A stretch of DNA of 64,000 nt, from contig JALMLS010000356.1 in assembly GCA_038496445.1 (NCBI GenBank), positions 62,001-126,000 on the forward strand. Direction: 5' to 3'. Source of the stretch: Trichosphaerium sp. ATCC 40318. Lineage: Eukaryota > Protista > Tubulinea. The translations under genes and the position numbers were made by a program. Of the stretch, positions 61,560-64,000 are shown in pieces. Under the pieces are notes generated by a model. It had not been told where the DNA came from. It did not search any database and saw only the letters and a program-made list of their open reading frames with translations. The number at the start of each line of letters is the position of its first letter. Within the stretch, counting starts at the first letter, position 1.

Positions 61560-63090
61560 TATTGATAAAAGTTTAACTACATCTTCTAGCTCTAGCTTAT
61601 CACTTGCACTTGTTCTACGAAAATGTTTAAAGATTCGAAACAATCTAGTAGAAAGTATCTTATTCCTTGAAGGAGCTTTATCTGGTTGCCTATTTTACTT
61701 TTCAATATATCTATAGATAAAACCTTAGGTGCCTTACCAACACAAAATAATTGGTTTGTAAGTGACCACACCTTCCTTTAGTTCCTGTATTTTTTTACCT
61801 TTTATTACTGCAACACAGCAATAGTTTTGAAACTAAACAAATACTGAAAAAGGGTAGATTACTAAAAAAACAAGTGTACTTTTTGTAGTAGTGTATTTGT
61901 CAATAGCTCATACTTGTCTGTATCTTCATGAGCACTTTGTCCAGCATTCATATAGGTGTATATTTCAGAGGATGTTAGATATAATATAGCCCATTTGAGA
62001 TCACCAAGCAATACTTGATGAAACAAACTCAAAACATTCTTTTTCTCAATCAAAACACCCTCTTCCGGGACATCCTAAATATACTCCTCAAAAAAATGGA
62101 GTTTTTAGTGACGTACCCAAAAGCTGTAACTGAAGCACAAGTGTGATAACTTTAAATCAACCAAACGTCTCCACGTGCTTAGTGATTCAGGGCACGCGCC
62201 AAGCTTTAATTTTGTTAAATTCTTCAAACTTGATAATACATCCCACAGCAGACTCATAAACTCATCTTCATCGAAGTAAAGGGCTAAGATTATGTGGTTT
62301 TATTAATATTAACGAAAAAGATATGTCACGCACGTGTAAATCGAAGAGACTCAAGGTTTTTAAAACATTTAATAGTGCTAGCTATATATGTTGTAAAAGA
62401 GGGTGCAGAAACTGTTAATGACTTTATTTCTAGGTTGCTTATATCATGCCATTGCCAACAGACTCTCCTTTACAGGTGTATCAGTTATTTTGAAATGTTA
62501 TTTCATGAGGTGCACCTAAACGACCAAATAGATTTGGGGTTGCTTCGCCATTTAATTATATTGAACAGAATCTCTGGCGGTAGAGATGCGCTTGTCATCA
62601 TTACCTATCACACCAATGACTTAAACGATAATTAAAAGAATAGACAAAGTTACATTACGAGGTACTCGGCATAATCACGTGAGCAAATTCGCTCAATATA
62701 GATCACACAGTGAGTTTATTCTCGTTGAAAGCATGGCTGTCAGATACCTGTTTCTAAACCACGCCAGAACGTGTTATCATACTCGTTTTCAGGTTTAGGT
62801 GGAAGCTTATACAATATCTTTCTCTGGATTTTGAGATTTCTTGTTGCGGTAGCCAAGAAAGGCGAGAAAGTGGAAAAAAGACAAACGAGACTTAATCGCC
62901 TTTCTATTTTTACTTTTTCACGAAACAAGGCAGGAAGTTGTACGTAAGAGCCACTCAATTGTTAAATGGACCAACATCAAATATACTGGTTGACTTGTGC
63001 GTGTTTACGTAATTAATTTAATCTAACGCCGTTGTAGTTACGGAAGTACAATGGCCAAGCGCCAAGGGTGTGTTTCAGAACATATTACCA
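61560..63090 (-). CDS. Multi-exon hypothetical protein; boundaries uncertain
   Basis: Short open segments bounded by GT/AG, e.g. 'KLPPKPENEYDNTFWRGLETG' and 'VLIEKKNVLSLFHQVLLGDLKWAILYL'. Confidence 0.35.
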
Positions 63091-63400
63091 TTTTCGTTAG
63101 GCTAACTAAACAAAGGATCAAGCCAACCTGTCTTACAAGTCACTGTACTATCAAATAACACCTCTATAATGTTCCGCAAGTACAACATTCCTAACAAGTC
63201 ACAACCTCACCCATCGTTCTATCCATGCGATATCACGCTTGCTGTGTACGTTTAAAACCTCCTAAACACAAAAACCACAAAACAAATCGTGATTTCCGTT
63301 AAATCTGTCCTTTACCTTTAAATACGCTCCAACGCAATCAAAACCAACTAATAACGCCATTAGACCAGTAAACGATCATTTTAGCTATAAATTCGAGTTA

Positions 63401-64000
63401 ATGCGTAAGGGAGAGTCAAAAGGAAGGCAAACTATTCCAGGACAAGATCTTAAACGTATAGCGACATTACAAGTGCCTCATAGAATAATACTTAATGTCG
63501 ATAAGAATATTTCCATTTCTGCTCGTGCACTTCTGGGGTCAACAGTAAAACGTGAAAAAAGTATTGATAAACGTGAAGATGAAGTAAAACCAAAAACAGT
63601 AAGTTTCATTTATTGAATCTTTGAAAAACGTGAAGAGAGAGGTCACAAGAAGCCTCCATTTTAAATCGAAAACATTTTCAAAAATCACGTTTTTTATCTT
63701 CGGATTGCTCTTGAGGTGAAGTACACCAGACAATGATTTTTTTGATTGATTTTTAATGATTAATGATATCTATAGGTTAGCCTTAATTCATTGAGAGGTA
63801 CATTGGGTGTTACATCATCTGTAGACCACGCAGGACATGCACATCCTCTTTCTAGAGAAACGTCAAATAGTAAATGGCAATGTAACGGAAAGAAGTTCTA
63901 TGGACGTTGCTTGAGTGGTAAAGAACAAGCTAAAGGCACTCTAAAGTACGTTAAAGGTTACTTATGTAGTGGCATGAACGATTTTCAAAAGTATTTAAAG
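63401..64000 (+). CDS. 5' part of a gene with a C1/ZZ-like zinc-finger start (runs off window)
   Basis: Exon 1 at 63401-63598, then 'HAHPL.....WQCNG....GRCLSG' in exon 2. Confidence 0.5.

Overview
AT-rich (about 35% GC by eye), gene-dense nuclear DNA of an intron-rich microbial eukaryote, probably a phagotrophic protist; the lineage cannot be fixed from this window. It uses the standard code, with short GT-AG introns (mostly 40-60 nt, GTACGT/GTATGT/GTAAGT donors, CTAAY-like branch points), so the ORF track mostly shows single exons. About 25 genes were reconstructed by hand. They include a C2/Gly-rich protein, three atypical small GTPases, three F-box/MORN-variant paralogues, F-box-LRR, F-box-ankyrin, ankyrin-PARP-like ART, a phage-type GH24 lysozyme, GH79, GH5, a GH-like/WSC protein, GNAT, a FEX fluoride exporter, SOUL, an alpha/beta hydrolase, and an inverted pair of plant NADKc-like kinases with an inserted thioredoxin domain. 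There is also a TTA-flanked MITE. The standout is a ~240-nt minus-strand non-coding unit at 17750-17997. It has a circularly permuted tRNA-like domain (T arm before D arm, acceptor stem closed by a hairpin) on a long 5'/3' terminal stem, with an upstream TATA-like box and a T10 terminator. This is the architecture of bacterial YrlA-type Y RNAs, or alternatively a permuted tRNA-Thr(AGT). All gene models and family calls are by-eye and were not checked against any database.
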